A DNA stretch of 64,000 nucleotides from a virus, in the IMG/VR virus record IMGVR_UViG_3300042731_004976, positions 1 to 64,000 of that record. One strand, written 5' to 3'. This document shows positions 38,086-48,028 of this stretch, in pieces. Position 1 is the first letter of the stretch, and every line of letters begins with the position of its first letter. Position numbers and translations under genes: made by a program. The notes under the pieces are model-generated. The model was not told the origin of the DNA and ran no database searches. It saw only the letters and a program-made list of their open reading frames with translations.

Positions 38086-41000
38086 GTGGCAGAATTTCTG
38101 AGCCCGGGAGTTTTCATCGAGGAAGTCCCGTCGACAGTCCAGACCATTGCGGCTGTCTCCACCTCGAACTTGGGGATCATCGGTTTCACGACCAAGGGTC
38201 CGGTGGACGAGGCGACGCTGGTCACTTCTCCGGATCAGTTCTTCCGAACCTTCGGAGAGCTGTCCCCCGATACCTTCACGGGTCTCTCGGTTCTGGCCTT
38301 CTTCGCCAACGGTGGTCGTCGAGCCTTCGTGGTTCGTGTCGTTCCAAGCGATGCGGTCACTGCCGATGCCGACCTTCAGAGCAAGACCTACTCGCAGCAA
38401 ATCGAGACGGGTGACGGGTCCACAGTCAACTTCACGAAGACCGATCTCAACACCACGCTCAAGGTGAACGGGGGTCTGTCCCCGATCATCGCCTACAACG
38501 GTCTGGCCAACGCCGGTATCCTTCTCCAGTGGCGTTCTGCTGGCGCAGCGATTGCTGCGGAGCGGGTGAAGGACATCACGGACGGTACCACGGATCTCGA
38601 CCTGGTCGACAGCCAGGCGGAGTACGGGTTCACCATCGATCCCACGCAGCTTCCCGCCCTCGCCGAAGAGGACTGGGAGCAGCTCGCCGTCGTTCCGGGT
38701 ACGGTCACCCTCTCGTTCGATCCGGACGGTGGTGGTGCACGCACTCTCGTCCTGGCCAATCCCACTTCTGGATCGGTATCCTCCACCCCAGGGGACGGAG
38801 CCACGACCGACTCCGAGACGGTTGTGGTCTTCGACTACGCTACGGGACGTGGATCCATTCTCTTCGGTGCTTCCGACATCAACGATGTGCCCGATGCCTC
38901 CGTGGTCGCAGCGTCTCTGACACTCGCCTACACCCCGACGACAACTTCGCGTCAGGCTCGGGACGATGGTTCCGGGAACATCATTCAGATCACAACGAGC
39001 ACGATCGATGCCGGTGGTACCAACACCATCGACTACAACGACGGTTCCTACGACTTCGACACTACGGTGGGGGCCACCCCTCACGACGGTGCGCCCATTC
39101 TGGCGACGTACTTCATCGAAGCGTTCGACCTGAACCCCGTCTCTCCCGGCGAGTGGGCGAACAACATCAAGCTCCAGGTGCAGGGCAACGCGAACTACTT
39201 CGATGCGTCTACGCAGACGTACACGAAGTTCGACGTCAACGTCACGGAGTTGAACTCGCAGAGTGGTCTCTTCGAGGTCGTCGAGTCCTACGAAGCCCTC
39301 GACTTCTCGGATTCAAGCGCCGTCGACTACTTCGTCGATGTCATCAACGAGCTGTCCGACCTGATCGAAGTCACGTCTCCCGCAGGGGACGAGGCTCCTG
39401 GTACCCTCAACGGGCGCTCGGTGACTCAGGAGATCGGTGCTGGCGGAGCCAACTTCACCCCGGCAACCTTCGGTGCTGTGGATCTCCTCGGAGATGACCT
39501 TCGAGACCAAGGCTTCGCCATTGGGCCTCGGAGCGTCGTTCTCACGGCAACCGACAAGGGTCTCGCTGCAACGGGAACCATCACCACGGTGGCGGAAGCA
39601 AGCCTCATCGATGGCGAGACCTTCACGCTCGACGACGGTGTGAACCCGGCCATCACCTTCGAGTTCGATGTCGGAGGCGGTGGTGTAGTTGCAGGCAACG
39701 TGGCGGTAGTCATTGCTGCCATGGACACGGCGGACGTTGTCCGGGATGCCATCATTACTGCGGTCAACGGTGAGGCTGCTGCTGGCAACATCCTCATTCG
39801 TGCCGCAGACGGTGGTGCCGCGACTGTCGACCTCACCCACGCTCGTACGGGTGTGGTGGGCAACCAGGCCATCACGGACACGGTGGCCGATGCAGGCTTC
39901 GTTGTCGTAGGCATGGCCGGCGGTACTGCCGACACCACGCTCACCGTCAACGATGATGGTACGGGTGCTCTCACGGGGGATATCGATCCGACCTACGCCA
40001 CTACGGTGACGGTGTCGGGTACGGACATTCCCCCGAACGAGATCAACTACGCGCTAGGCTGGGCGAACTTCCAGTTCAACACGACCAACGGTCTCAAGGG
40101 CGGAACGCTCGTGGAAGCGGCCTTCTACACCGACCCCGAGGAATCCGTTCGGGAAGACCAGTTCGGCGACACCGACAAGCAGTTCACGGATACGGCTGCT
40201 GTTCCCGTGGATCACTACGCTGCCGGCTCCGACGGAACCTTCACGTCGAGCACGTACTCCAGGACGCAGTTCTCGGATCCGACTCTCCAGTCGGGCGACC
40301 GTGGTCTCTATGCCCTGAACAAGGTCGACGAGATCATGCAGGTCATCATCCCGGACTTCGCGGGTGATGTGACGGTGACAGGAGATCTTCTCGACTACGC
40401 CGCTGCACGAGCTGCTCTGCCCTCGGGTGGAGACCGCTTCATCATCCTGGCGGTTCCCGTGGGATCCGATGCTCAGGAGGCGGTGGACTGGTTCCGTTTC
40501 GACCTGGGACGGTTTAGCAAGTTCGCGGCTCTCTACTGGCCTTGGATTCGGGTTGCCGATCCTCTGGCGGACGGGCGACCGCTGCTCATGCCGCCTCTGG
40601 GCCACGTTGCAGGTGTCTACGCACGTACCGACACGACTCGAAACGTGGGCAAGGCCCCTGGTGGTACCGTGGACGGTGCTCTCAACTTCCTGATCGGTCT
40701 GGAAACGGAACCGACACAGGGGGATCGAAACTTCGTCTACCCGAACAAGATCAACCCGCTCATTTCCAGCCCGCAGACGGGTCTGGCGGTGTGGGGTGTC
40801 CGTACCATCGCCATCGAAAGCGAGTGGCGATACATCCAAGCACGTCGGCTCTTCATGTTCTTGGAGAAGTCGGTGTTCAACGCCACCGGGTGGATCGTCT
40901 TCGAGAACAACGGTCCTGGCCTCTGGTCTCGCATCAAGGGTCAGCTCGATGGCTTCCTCTCGAACCTCTTCAACGAGGGGCTGTTCTTCGGGGCTTCGCC

Positions 41001-41151
41001 TACCGATGCGTACTTCGTCGTCGTGGACGAGACCAACAACGATGCGGCTTCCATCGAAGCAGGTCAGGTCATCATCGACATCGGAGTCGCCCCGAACCGC
41101 CCGGCGGAGTTCGTTCGCTTCCGCTTCCAGCAGAAGACGATCTCAGGCTAG
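38086..41151 (+). CDS. tail sheath protein with large insertion domains
   Basis: SPGVFIEE, KGP, FFANGG, YWPW, KAP, INP, VWGVRT, VFENN, PAEFV. Confidence 0.95.
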   Translation: MAEFLSPGVFIEEVPSTVQTIAAVSTSNLGIIGFTTKGPVDEATLVTSPDQFFRTFGELSPDTFTGLSVLAFFANGGRRAFVVRVVPSDAVTADADLQSKTYSQQIETGDGSTVNFTKTDLNTTLKVNGGLSPIIAYNGLANAGILLQWRSAGAAIAAERVKDITDGTTDLDLVDSQAEYGFTIDPTQLPALAEEDWEQLAVVPGTVTLSFDPDGGGARTLVLANPTSGSVSSTPGDGATTDSETVVVFDYATGRGSILFGASDINDVPDASVVAASLTLAYTPTTTSRQARDDGSGNIIQITTSTIDAGGTNTIDYNDGSYDFDTTVGATPHDGAPILATYFIEAFDLNPVSPGEWANNIKLQVQGNANYFDASTQTYTKFDVNVTELNSQSGLFEVVESYEALDFSDSSAVDYFVDVINELSDLIEVTSPAGDEAPGTLNGRSVTQEIGAGGANFTPATFGAVDLLGDDLRDQGFAIGPRSVVLTATDKGLAATGTITTVAEASLIDGETFTLDDGVNPAITFEFDVGGGGVVAGNVAVVIAAMDTADVVRDAIITAVNGEAAAGNILIRAADGGAATVDLTHARTGVVGNQAITDTVADAGFVVVGMAGGTADTTLTVNDDGTGALTGDIDPTYATTVTVSGTDIPPNEINYALGWANFQFNTTNGLKGGTLVEAAFYTDPEESVREDQFGDTDKQFTDTAAVPVDHYAAGSDGTFTSSTYSRTQFSDPTLQSGDRGLYALNKVDEIMQVIIPDFAGDVTVTGDLLDYAAARAALPSGGDRFIILAVPVGSDAQEAVDWFRFDLGRFSKFAALYWPWIRVADPLADGRPLLMPPLGHVAGVYARTDTTRNVGKAPGGTVDGALNFLIGLETEPTQGDRNFVYPNKINPLISSPQTGLAVWGVRTIAIESEWRYIQARRLFMFLEKSVFNATGWIVFENNGPGLWSRIKGQLDGFLSNLFNEGLFFGASPTDAYFVVVDETNNDAASIEAGQVIIDIGVAPNRPAEFVRFRFQQKTISG

Positions 41152-41179
41152 CCTCGCTCACGAATGAAGGAGTAGATCA

Positions 41180-41548
41180 ATGCAAGTTACGTTCACGAAT
41201 GCATCGGGAGACGACCTCTTCCTTTCGCAGCTGTACCGCAACCTCGCTGCCGGCGAGTCGCTCACCACGAGCCGTACTCCCCTCGACATCGACGGAGACC
41301 AGGCACTCAAGGCTCTCATCGAAGCAGGTGACATCACCATCTCGGCAGTCACCGAGGCTGGTGACACCATCTACTTCGCTCGAATCGCGGGTTCCGACGC
41401 TCTCGTGCCTCTGGCGGTCTACGATGATGCAGGACGTCCGGATCCCACAGCGGTTCCGGCTGGTACTGCCATCTTCAACTCGGATGACGGCTTTCCGAAC
41501 TACAGCGACGGCACCAACTGGGTCGACGCTGCCGGCGTAACCACCTGA
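41180..41548 (+). CDS. virion accessory protein
   Basis: AAGGAG SD; N-terminal domain similar to 41645. Confidence 0.65.
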   Translation: MQVTFTNASGDDLFLSQLYRNLAAGESLTTSRTPLDIDGDQALKALIEAGDITISAVTEAGDTIYFARIAGSDALVPLAVYDDAGRPDPTAVPAGTAIFNSDDGFPNYSDGTNWVDAAGVTT

Positions 41549-41644
41549 TGGGGCTCTTGAGCCCCTGAAGGGGCTCATGCTAGAACGGACGACTTGGACG
41601 CTCAGCGCAAGCTGCGCTGAAATCTCACGGACGGAGGCCCCATC

Positions 41645-42256
41645 ATGGCACAGCTGACGATCACGAACATCTCCACGGAACGCAAGTACCTAGGGGATCT
41701 CTACACTAGCGTCGAGCCTGGATCTTCGATCGAGGTGACGAGGTCCGCTGCGGACCTTCCCCAGATGACTGCCTTGCAGAAGGCAGTGGCAGATGGAGAC
41801 TTGACACTCTCGGTGGCCTACTCCGCTGAAGAGGCTGCGTCGGGCCTCCATTTGCCTCCATCTGTTGTCGAGGCAGGAGACATCGCACCCGTAGCTGGGT
41901 CGAATCCAGCTTCCGGTCTCGTGACGATTTTCTCCTCCTTTGCGGCAGGTGGTGGGGGAAGTGCAGATGACGTGGAGATCTTCCCGGCAGGAGCGCTCCC
42001 CTTCAAGTTCCGCGTTCTCGATTTCCTCGTCTACGTGGCCACTGCTGTGGGAGCCTCCACGATCGAAGCCAGGGACGAAGCCGGAGGTGCCGGAAACGTG
42101 CTGGCTTCAGCAGATTCGGCAACGACTGGTCGACAGACGAACGCCGAGACGGTCACAGGGGTCGCCGACCCTGGATCAACCAAGGGACTCTTCCTACGAC
42201 GATCTGACAGTGGAGTGGCTGGTGAAGCCGTTCTGATCGTTAGGCCCGAGTTGTAG
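41645..42256 (+). CDS. virion accessory protein
   Basis: GGAGG SD; N-terminal domain similar to 41180. Confidence 0.65.
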   Translation: MAQLTITNISTERKYLGDLYTSVEPGSSIEVTRSAADLPQMTALQKAVADGDLTLSVAYSAEEAASGLHLPPSVVEAGDIAPVAGSNPASGLVTIFSSFAAGGGGSADDVEIFPAGALPFKFRVLDFLVYVATAVGASTIEARDEAGGAGNVLASADSATTGRQTNAETVTGVADPGSTKGLFLRRSDSGVAGEAVLIVRPEL

Positions 42257-42316
42257 GAGGCTGGAAAACTCCCGAGTACTACGCTAGAGTCGAGGTAACT
42301 CCAAGGAGGAGCGCAC

Positions 42317-42898
42317 ATGGTTCGTCCCGTATCTCAAGACTTCCTGCACTCGATGCGCTTCCACGTATCTGTGTTGGGTACCAACGCCGCGGGTTACCTC
42401 CAAGGAGGTGGTCGTGACGTAGGGACCAAGCCAGAGGCAGGATTTTCGGCATGCTCCACGCCCGAAGCTTCGCTCGAAGCGGTGGAGTACAAGGAAGGAA
42501 ACTTCGTCTACACCCGCAAGTACGCTGGCGTACCGACTGTCTCGGACATCACCATGTCCCGAGGCGTCGCTCGTCAGGATTCGTCCTTCTGGGGTTGGAT
42601 GAAGGCTGCCATCGAAGGCGGTCCCATCGCAGGCACAGGCACGTATCGCGAAGACATCCAGATCAGCCACTACCACCGAGATCGATTCTTGGAGGCGACG
42701 GTTCCGACCGTTCCCACCACGATCATCGACATCGGAAGCAGTGGTCCCGAGCCGGGTCGTCGCTACACGTGTCGCGAGTGCTTCCCCATCCGTCACAAGA
42801 CGGCTGCGGACCTCGATGCCACGGCGTCCGAGATCTCCATCATGGAGCTGGACGTCTCGATGGAATACTTCGAGGTCGAAGAGATCGCTCCCCCGTGA
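42317..42898 (+). CDS. tail tube protein (gp19-like)
   Basis: GFS, VEYKEG, KYAG, ITMSRG, FWGW, LDA..I.ELD. Confidence 0.85.
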   Translation: MVRPVSQDFLHSMRFHVSVLGTNAAGYLQGGGRDVGTKPEAGFSACSTPEASLEAVEYKEGNFVYTRKYAGVPTVSDITMSRGVARQDSSFWGWMKAAIEGGPIAGTGTYREDIQISHYHRDRFLEATVPTVPTTIIDIGSSGPEPGRRYTCRECFPIRHKTAADLDATASEISIMELDVSMEYFEVEEIAPP

Positions 42899-42938
42899 TT
42901 CAGAGCCAACGCCTCCTGCGTAGGCAATAGGAGGACGC

Positions 42939-43658
42939 ATGGCTCGAAATCCGATCTCGGACTACCTCCAGGTCTACTCCTTCTGGTTGATGGACCTGGG
43001 GCCTATCGACACAGTCGCTCTACCCATCCTGACTCCGCTCTTTGGGTTCAGCTCCATCACTGCACCCGAAATGGTGATGGAGACTCAGGACATCCCCGAG
43101 GGCAACTGGTACTTCGACCGCAAGGTCTTGAAGCGGGGTTCCATCTCGAACGTCACCCTCTCGCAGGGGGTGACGTTTTTCAATTCCGACTTCTACCGTT
43201 GGATGATCGCTGGAGTCACAGGCGATACGGCTGCGGTCAACAGCTCGTCTTTCATCCCCTTCCTTCAGATCGGTGGTCCGACGTACCGTCGCAACTTACT
43301 ATTGATCCAGTACTTCGCGCATACGACTTTCGGAGCGCAAGGAGGCATCAGCGCGGTAGTTGCGCAGTCTACCTTGACCGCGGGTATCGCCGCTTCTGCT
43401 GCTGGTCTGGAAGGCGCTTCTACTGCGGGACTCGTCGTTTCTGGTGCCATTGCGGGAGGAGCTGCTGCGCTCGGAGCCCTCAATGTAGGTCCTTTCGAGT
43501 TTGCTGCTCGCGTTCCCGCACGTGCGTGGATTCTGAAAGGCTGCATACCTGTTCGGTATAGGCCTTCGTCCGATTTCGATGCACTATCAGGGACTGTTTC
43601 TGTGGCCGAACTAGAGTTGGCCATGGAAATGTTCGAAGAAGTGGCATTGACAGCATGA
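42939..43658 (+). CDS. second tail tube paralog
   Basis: GFS, EGN, VTLSQG, FYRW, FDALSG..ELEL; Gly/Ala-rich insert. Confidence 0.75.
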   Translation: MARNPISDYLQVYSFWLMDLGPIDTVALPILTPLFGFSSITAPEMVMETQDIPEGNWYFDRKVLKRGSISNVTLSQGVTFFNSDFYRWMIAGVTGDTAAVNSSSFIPFLQIGGPTYRRNLLLIQYFAHTTFGAQGGISAVVAQSTLTAGIAASAAGLEGASTAGLVVSGAIAGGAAALGALNVGPFEFAARVPARAWILKGCIPVRYRPSSDFDALSGTVSVAELELAMEMFEEVALTA

Positions 43659-43866
43659 TCGGATGAAGGAGAAAATACATGGGAGAGATGACAGAGTTGA
43701 ACCCGAACGATCCCCCCTCCACCCTCGAAGAGCTGAGCCTTCTGGCAGGCTCCCGTGGATCTGTGATCTTGTCTCGTGCTCCACAGCACGACGAGTTCGG
43801 AGTGGAAATGCGCATGGAGCCTTCCCCGTGCGCTGAGGAGCACAAAGCTCTCTGAAGGAGGTCCGT

Positions 43867-44700
43867 GTGTCCTTTGCCCGATCCCAATTGAGTTCCCGTA
43901 TGGAAAGCGCTCGCCGCAAGCGTCACGAACAGACGACTTCGGGGAACGCAGGTGCCATACCGGGTCGGCCCCTCGGTCCTCCTCTGACGCCCCTGTTTCC
44001 CAAACAGGACGACGAGGAAGACGATTGGGAAGAGTGCGAGGAGTGCACGGAGGCCCGAGAGGGCGACGTCGCCGAGATGGAGGTTCCTTTCGACATCGGC
44101 GACGTTGTCCTCTTCGGGAAGTACAAGAACAAGCGGGGAAAGATTCTGAGCTTCGGGACCAACGACCGGGGTCAACCAGTCGTGGAGATCGAGCCTGTTC
44201 CCAAAGGCCGGAAGCAGAACAAGACCCTCGGGCTGTACAAGGTCTGGACCTCCGAGGAAGTCCTGGCGGACTGCTGGGAGAGGATGGTCACCGTGGGGCC
44301 CCCTGACGAGTGGTCTGGAGGCGTTGCGTCCTCCATGGCAGCGGAGGAGCGCCAAGTACTCCAAAGGGCCTGGGAGAGCCTCTCAGAGGCCCAGAAAGGG
44401 CAGCTCCAGCAAGAATGGCAGGACGAGGTGGAGGAGGCCGCTCCGCGGCGCGTCAAGAAGCGCAAGCCCCGCAGCGGTGCTCGGAAGCTGGTCAAGGTCT
44501 GTCCGACCGGAATGCACATCAAGGGTGGACGTTGCTCCCGGGTTCCTCGGTCCCAGCTTGCCAAGATGCGTCGCAAGAAGAAGAAATGGCGCCGAAGCGG
44601 AGCTGGGAAGCGGAGCGCCAAGCGGAGCGCCATGTACAAGAGACGCTTCGGAGAAGCGCTGGAGGGATTCATCGCCGAAGGTCGGGATCTCCTGGAGTGA
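43867..44700 (+). CDS. putative prohead core protein (KOW/SH3-like + gp68-like basic tail)
   Basis: AAGGAGG SD; IGDVVLFGKYKNKRGKI; CPTG..C followed by Arg/Lys-rich helix. Confidence 0.6.
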   Translation: MSFARSQLSSRMESARRKRHEQTTSGNAGAIPGRPLGPPLTPLFPKQDDEEDDWEECEECTEAREGDVAEMEVPFDIGDVVLFGKYKNKRGKILSFGTNDRGQPVVEIEPVPKGRKQNKTLGLYKVWTSEEVLADCWERMVTVGPPDEWSGGVASSMAAEERQVLQRAWESLSEAQKGQLQQEWQDEVEEAAPRRVKKRKPRSGARKLVKVCPTGMHIKGGRCSRVPRSQLAKMRRKKKKWRRSGAGKRSAKRSAMYKRRFGEALEGFIAEGRDLLE

Positions 44701-44706
44701 AATCCC

Positions 44707-45630
44707 ATGCCCATTCACAAGGTCAAAGGGGGGTGGAAGTGGGGCAAGCACGGCAAGGTCTACCGCTCCCGTAAGAAGGCAGCAAAGCAGGCAGCGGCTG
44801 CCTACGCCCATGGGTACAAGGAGGATCTGGGAGACCTTGTTGCCGAAGCACACGCCATTCTCGAAGGCGTGTCAGTCAAGTACGACACCAAGGCAGTCGA
44901 AGGTCTGTTGGACGACCTGATCGACTCCCTTCTGGACCGGACAGCTGCTGGCAAGTCCGAGTACTCGAAGCAGGATGCGGCCAAGGATCGAACGCACTAC
45001 GTTCGGGAGCTGAAAAAGAGTGCCGAGAAGATCGGCAGACTCATGACGAGTGCTGCGGGACGCATTCCGACGTGGACGGGATCGAAGATCGCGGTGAAGC
45101 TGCTTCCTCTCTCCAGCAGTTTCGGAGACACCTTCATGACTGACGAGGGGGACGTCACCGACTTCGCCGAGATCAGTGTCTTCAAGAAATCCGAGAACAA
45201 CGCTCCCTCGTTCACCTATTTCGGAGGAACGACGGTGGACGATGTTCTCGATGCAGGCGACTCCGACTTCTTTGGGGACCCAGAGGTGGAGCAGGACTAC
45301 TTCGCTCTCGTCAATGAGATCCGCAACCCGGGGAAGTCCAAGCGCGAGGGCGAGAAGGTCATCCGTCTGTTCACGGCGCGCCCGTCAAAGGATCGGCAAC
45401 AGTTCCAGAGGTCCAAAACGCTGCCCTCCAACCTGTTCCTCACAACGAGCGAAGACGAGGCAGAGGGCTACGCCCGCGATTTCGGTTCGAGGGACATCTG
45501 GGTGGTTCGCATCAAGAAGAAGCACCTCGTGCAGACGTTGGACACACCACGCGCGAAGAACTACCAAACGTTCGGAGCCGGGGGAAAGGTCCCTGTTGAG
45601 GCTATGGACCTGGTAGCCCCTGGGAATTGA
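44707..45630 (+). CDS. putative internal head protein with possible ART-like C-terminal domain
   Basis: Basic N-terminus, LVAEAHAILE motif; LFTAR..LFLTTS..AEGYA..FG pattern. Confidence 0.55.
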   Translation: MPIHKVKGGWKWGKHGKVYRSRKKAAKQAAAAYAHGYKEDLGDLVAEAHAILEGVSVKYDTKAVEGLLDDLIDSLLDRTAAGKSEYSKQDAAKDRTHYVRELKKSAEKIGRLMTSAAGRIPTWTGSKIAVKLLPLSSSFGDTFMTDEGDVTDFAEISVFKKSENNAPSFTYFGGTTVDDVLDAGDSDFFGDPEVEQDYFALVNEIRNPGKSKREGEKVIRLFTARPSKDRQQFQRSKTLPSNLFLTTSEDEAEGYARDFGSRDIWVVRIKKKHLVQTLDTPRAKNYQTFGAGGKVPVEAMDLVAPGN

Positions 45631-45655
45631 CTATTCTCAGTACCCCTGGTATCTC
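45627..45655 (+). promoter_or_regulatory. sigma70-like promoter overlapping upstream stop codon
   Basis: TTGACT-17-TATCTC. Confidence 0.55.
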
Positions 45656-45663
45656 GAATTCCG

Positions 45664-45888
45664 ATGGCGAAGGCGAAAGCCCTGTCTCTTGCGGCGTGGT
45701 TGAAGCGTTACGATGCTCGGTGCGTGGGTCTCCGCTACGACCCGGATACGAAGAGACACGTGGTAACAGTTCAGATCGAACGAGAGATCCCGAAAGACGT
45801 GCTCGTGTCCCCCGAGGATGAGGACGCGCACAGCGGAAATGCGACACGCAAGCACCTGCTCTTTCCCTTCGCTGAACCTGAGGCTTGA
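45664..45888 (+). CDS. hypothetical protein
   Basis: Between two promoters. Confidence 0.55.
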   Translation: MAKAKALSLAAWLKRYDARCVGLRYDPDTKRHVVTVQIEREIPKDVLVSPEDEDAHSGNATRKHLLFPFAEPEA

Positions 45889-45913
45889 CAATCGTGAGGC
45901 TGTAGCATAGCCT
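45885..45913 (+). promoter_or_regulatory. sigma70-like promoter overlapping upstream stop codon
   Basis: TTGACA-17-TAGCCT. Confidence 0.7.
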
Positions 45914-45922
45914 CCGCGAGCA

Positions 45923-46330
45923 TTGGCCTCGTTCATTCAGCTCGACTTCGCGAAGGAGCGTGCGGAGCAGATCCGTACCTTCGCTGAGAACCCCGACAAC
46001 TGGTACCGCGCGTTTCAGAGCAGTGCGAAGGTTCCGGGGTTGCATGACGAGTACGTCTTGGAATCTGGGACGATACGCGCCGTGTTCTCGTGGACGCTCG
46101 TCCCGGACGGCGACATCTTTCGACAGATGACCGTGTCGTCGAAGAATCCAGGTAAGTGGGCCCAACCGCTTATCGTCTGGACGTTGGCGCACTACTTCGG
46201 CTTCACGGGAGCCACGACCAACGAGCATGACTTGGTCGAAGAGGCGGCTTCCTCTTGGCAAGTTCAGATGGTCGAGGAAGAGAGCTGCGTCATGGTCGTT
46301 GAAAAGGTCGAGGAAGAAGCACCCACGTGA
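45923..46330 (+). CDS. hypothetical protein
   Basis: Follows promoter. Confidence 0.6.
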   Translation: MASFIQLDFAKERAEQIRTFAENPDNWYRAFQSSAKVPGLHDEYVLESGTIRAVFSWTLVPDGDIFRQMTVSSKNPGKWAQPLIVWTLAHYFGFTGATTNEHDLVEEAASSWQVQMVEEESCVMVVEKVEEEAPT

Positions 46331-46645
46331 AGATCTGCGTCCCGTGATCTACTACACACTCTACCCACACATCGTGGAGAAGGTCAGAGAACGCCTTCGT
46401 GACTACGGCCGCATCCACGGCTCCGAGGTTCGCGATCTCTTCATTAGACACAGCTCCGCTGCGGTAGACGATCACGCAGAACGGCTCCTAACCGAGATGG
46501 TCGAATCCGGGGAGCTGAAAGTCTTCGGCGGTCCGGCCCCGACACACAGCCAGGCAGCGTTCATCGGCCTCCAGTACTCGCAAAAAGCCTACAAGGACGC
46601 TGGATGGGCTCCCGGGCTCAAGGAGCACTTCTACTACGAGACCGC

Positions 46646-47002
46646 CTAGGCTACCCTTGGAGAATGAAGATCATCGAGGGCTTGGAACTGGATCCCGGCG
46701 AGTTTCACACCCAGGTGCGGGGCTTGCGCCATCTGCCAAGGCTCTTCGAGCAAGACGAAGAGCCTAGCGCTGCGGTACGAGCAAAGCAGGCCCGTCAGGT
46801 GATTTCCGACCGATTGAAAGACGCCGAGGGATCCGGAGACTTCGGTATCGGAGGAGGGGACGAAGTCGTCTACGTCAACGTCCAGCCGGAGGATACTCAC
46901 GAGTACGGTATCCAGCTCAACATGATCGCCCGCGAGTTGGGTTACTCGATTCGAGCCGAGCCAAGTGGTGAAGGGGTGCGGTATGTCCTCACCCGGCGCT
47001 GA
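46646..47002 (+). CDS. hypothetical protein
   Basis: GGAG before ATG. Confidence 0.55.
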   Translation, partial: LGYPWRMKIIEGLELDPGEFHTQVRGLRHLPRLFEQDEEPSAAVRAKQARQVISDRLKDAEGSGDFGIGGGDEVVYVNVQPEDTHEYGIQLNMIARELGYSIRAEPSGEGVRYVLTRR

Positions 47003-47239
47003 GCCCCCGCTAGTCGGTTACGTCTACGGACACCTGGAATGCGAGCCGGACGCGCCTCCAAAGCACATGATCTTGGAGATCGAAAAGGATCCCGAGAGCC
47101 CTGGTTACCGCGTGAAGAAGGTGCTCGCGTCAGCCGAAACCCTGTCCCTCGCACTCGAACGCTACGAAGCGTTGAACCGCGACGATGATATGCCCTCGGA
47201 CCTCTCGTACGCAACGGTGGTGAGGTTCCAAGCGCAGCC

Positions 47240-47269
47240 TTGACAATCCCATACCGTACCTGATATGGT
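47240..47269 (+). promoter_or_regulatory. sigma70-like promoter overlapping upstream stop codon
   Basis: TTGACA-18-TATGGT. Confidence 0.65.
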
Positions 47270-47278
47270 TCTGGTTTG

Positions 47279-47581
47279 ATGTCAGAACGTGTCTGGGTTC
47301 CGTACGCTCCTTTTCAAGGAGGGCTTACACCAAGCCCGATACGACGGAGGTTTGTTGTGGCGACTCCTGAAAAAGTAGAGCACGCAGAGCTACGTCAACT
47401 ACTGAAGCGCTTGGAACAGGTCTCTGGCTCTGCTGCCTCTGAGATCCGGATGGCTGCCGATGTGCTCTCCGAAATGGAGGGTGAAGAGGAAGCGGATATG
47501 TCTCGGGAGCTAGCCGACGACCTGGCTTCAACCGTGAGCGATACCATTGCAGCGGTCAACCGTCTGCTGGACGGGAAGTGA
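47279..47581 (+). CDS. helical hypothetical protein
   Basis: Follows promoter; start could be 47357. Confidence 0.5.
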   Translation: MSERVWVPYAPFQGGLTPSPIRRRFVVATPEKVEHAELRQLLKRLEQVSGSAASEIRMAADVLSEMEGEEEADMSRELADDLASTVSDTIAAVNRLLDGK

Positions 47582-47582
47582 C

Positions 47583-47981
47583 GTGGTCTTCGTTACCGCA
47601 GATCAACTGCTGCTCCATGCGGTAGGAGACTATCTCCTCCAGTCGCACTGGATGGCTACGGCCAAGACCTCTCGCAAGACGGCGGCTCTGGCTCACGCGC
47701 TCGTATACACAGGACCCTTCTGGTTCCTCACCCAGTCGTGGGCCGCGCTCCTCTTCATCTTCGGCACGCACTTCGTGATCGATCACTGGCGCCTTGCTCG
47801 TTACGTGTGCTGGTCCAAGAACTTCTTGGCGCCTCCGGGCGAATGGCCTGCGTCTTGGAAGAAGTGCTCGGCTACGGGGTACGATCCCAGCTTGCCGGCT
47901 TGGTTGGCGATCTGGTTGATGATCATCGCCGACAACACGATGCACATCATCTGTAATGCGGCGGCCCTCCGATGGTTCTGA
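47583..47981 (+). CDS. DUF3307-like membrane protein
   Basis: HAVGDYLLQS.WMA..K, H..Y, THFVID, DNTMH. Confidence 0.75.
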   Translation: MVFVTADQLLLHAVGDYLLQSHWMATAKTSRKTAALAHALVYTGPFWFLTQSWAALLFIFGTHFVIDHWRLARYVCWSKNFLAPPGEWPASWKKCSATGYDPSLPAWLAIWLMIIADNTMHIICNAAALRWF

Positions 47982-48028
47982 ACGTACGCGACGAATTCAA
48001 AGGGTCTCCAGCCTCTGGAGCCGAGATC

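Noticed and set aside
38086-43658. Bacterial eCIS or tailocin locus
   Set aside because: Linked terminase, portal, protease and capsid genes show it is a phage tail.
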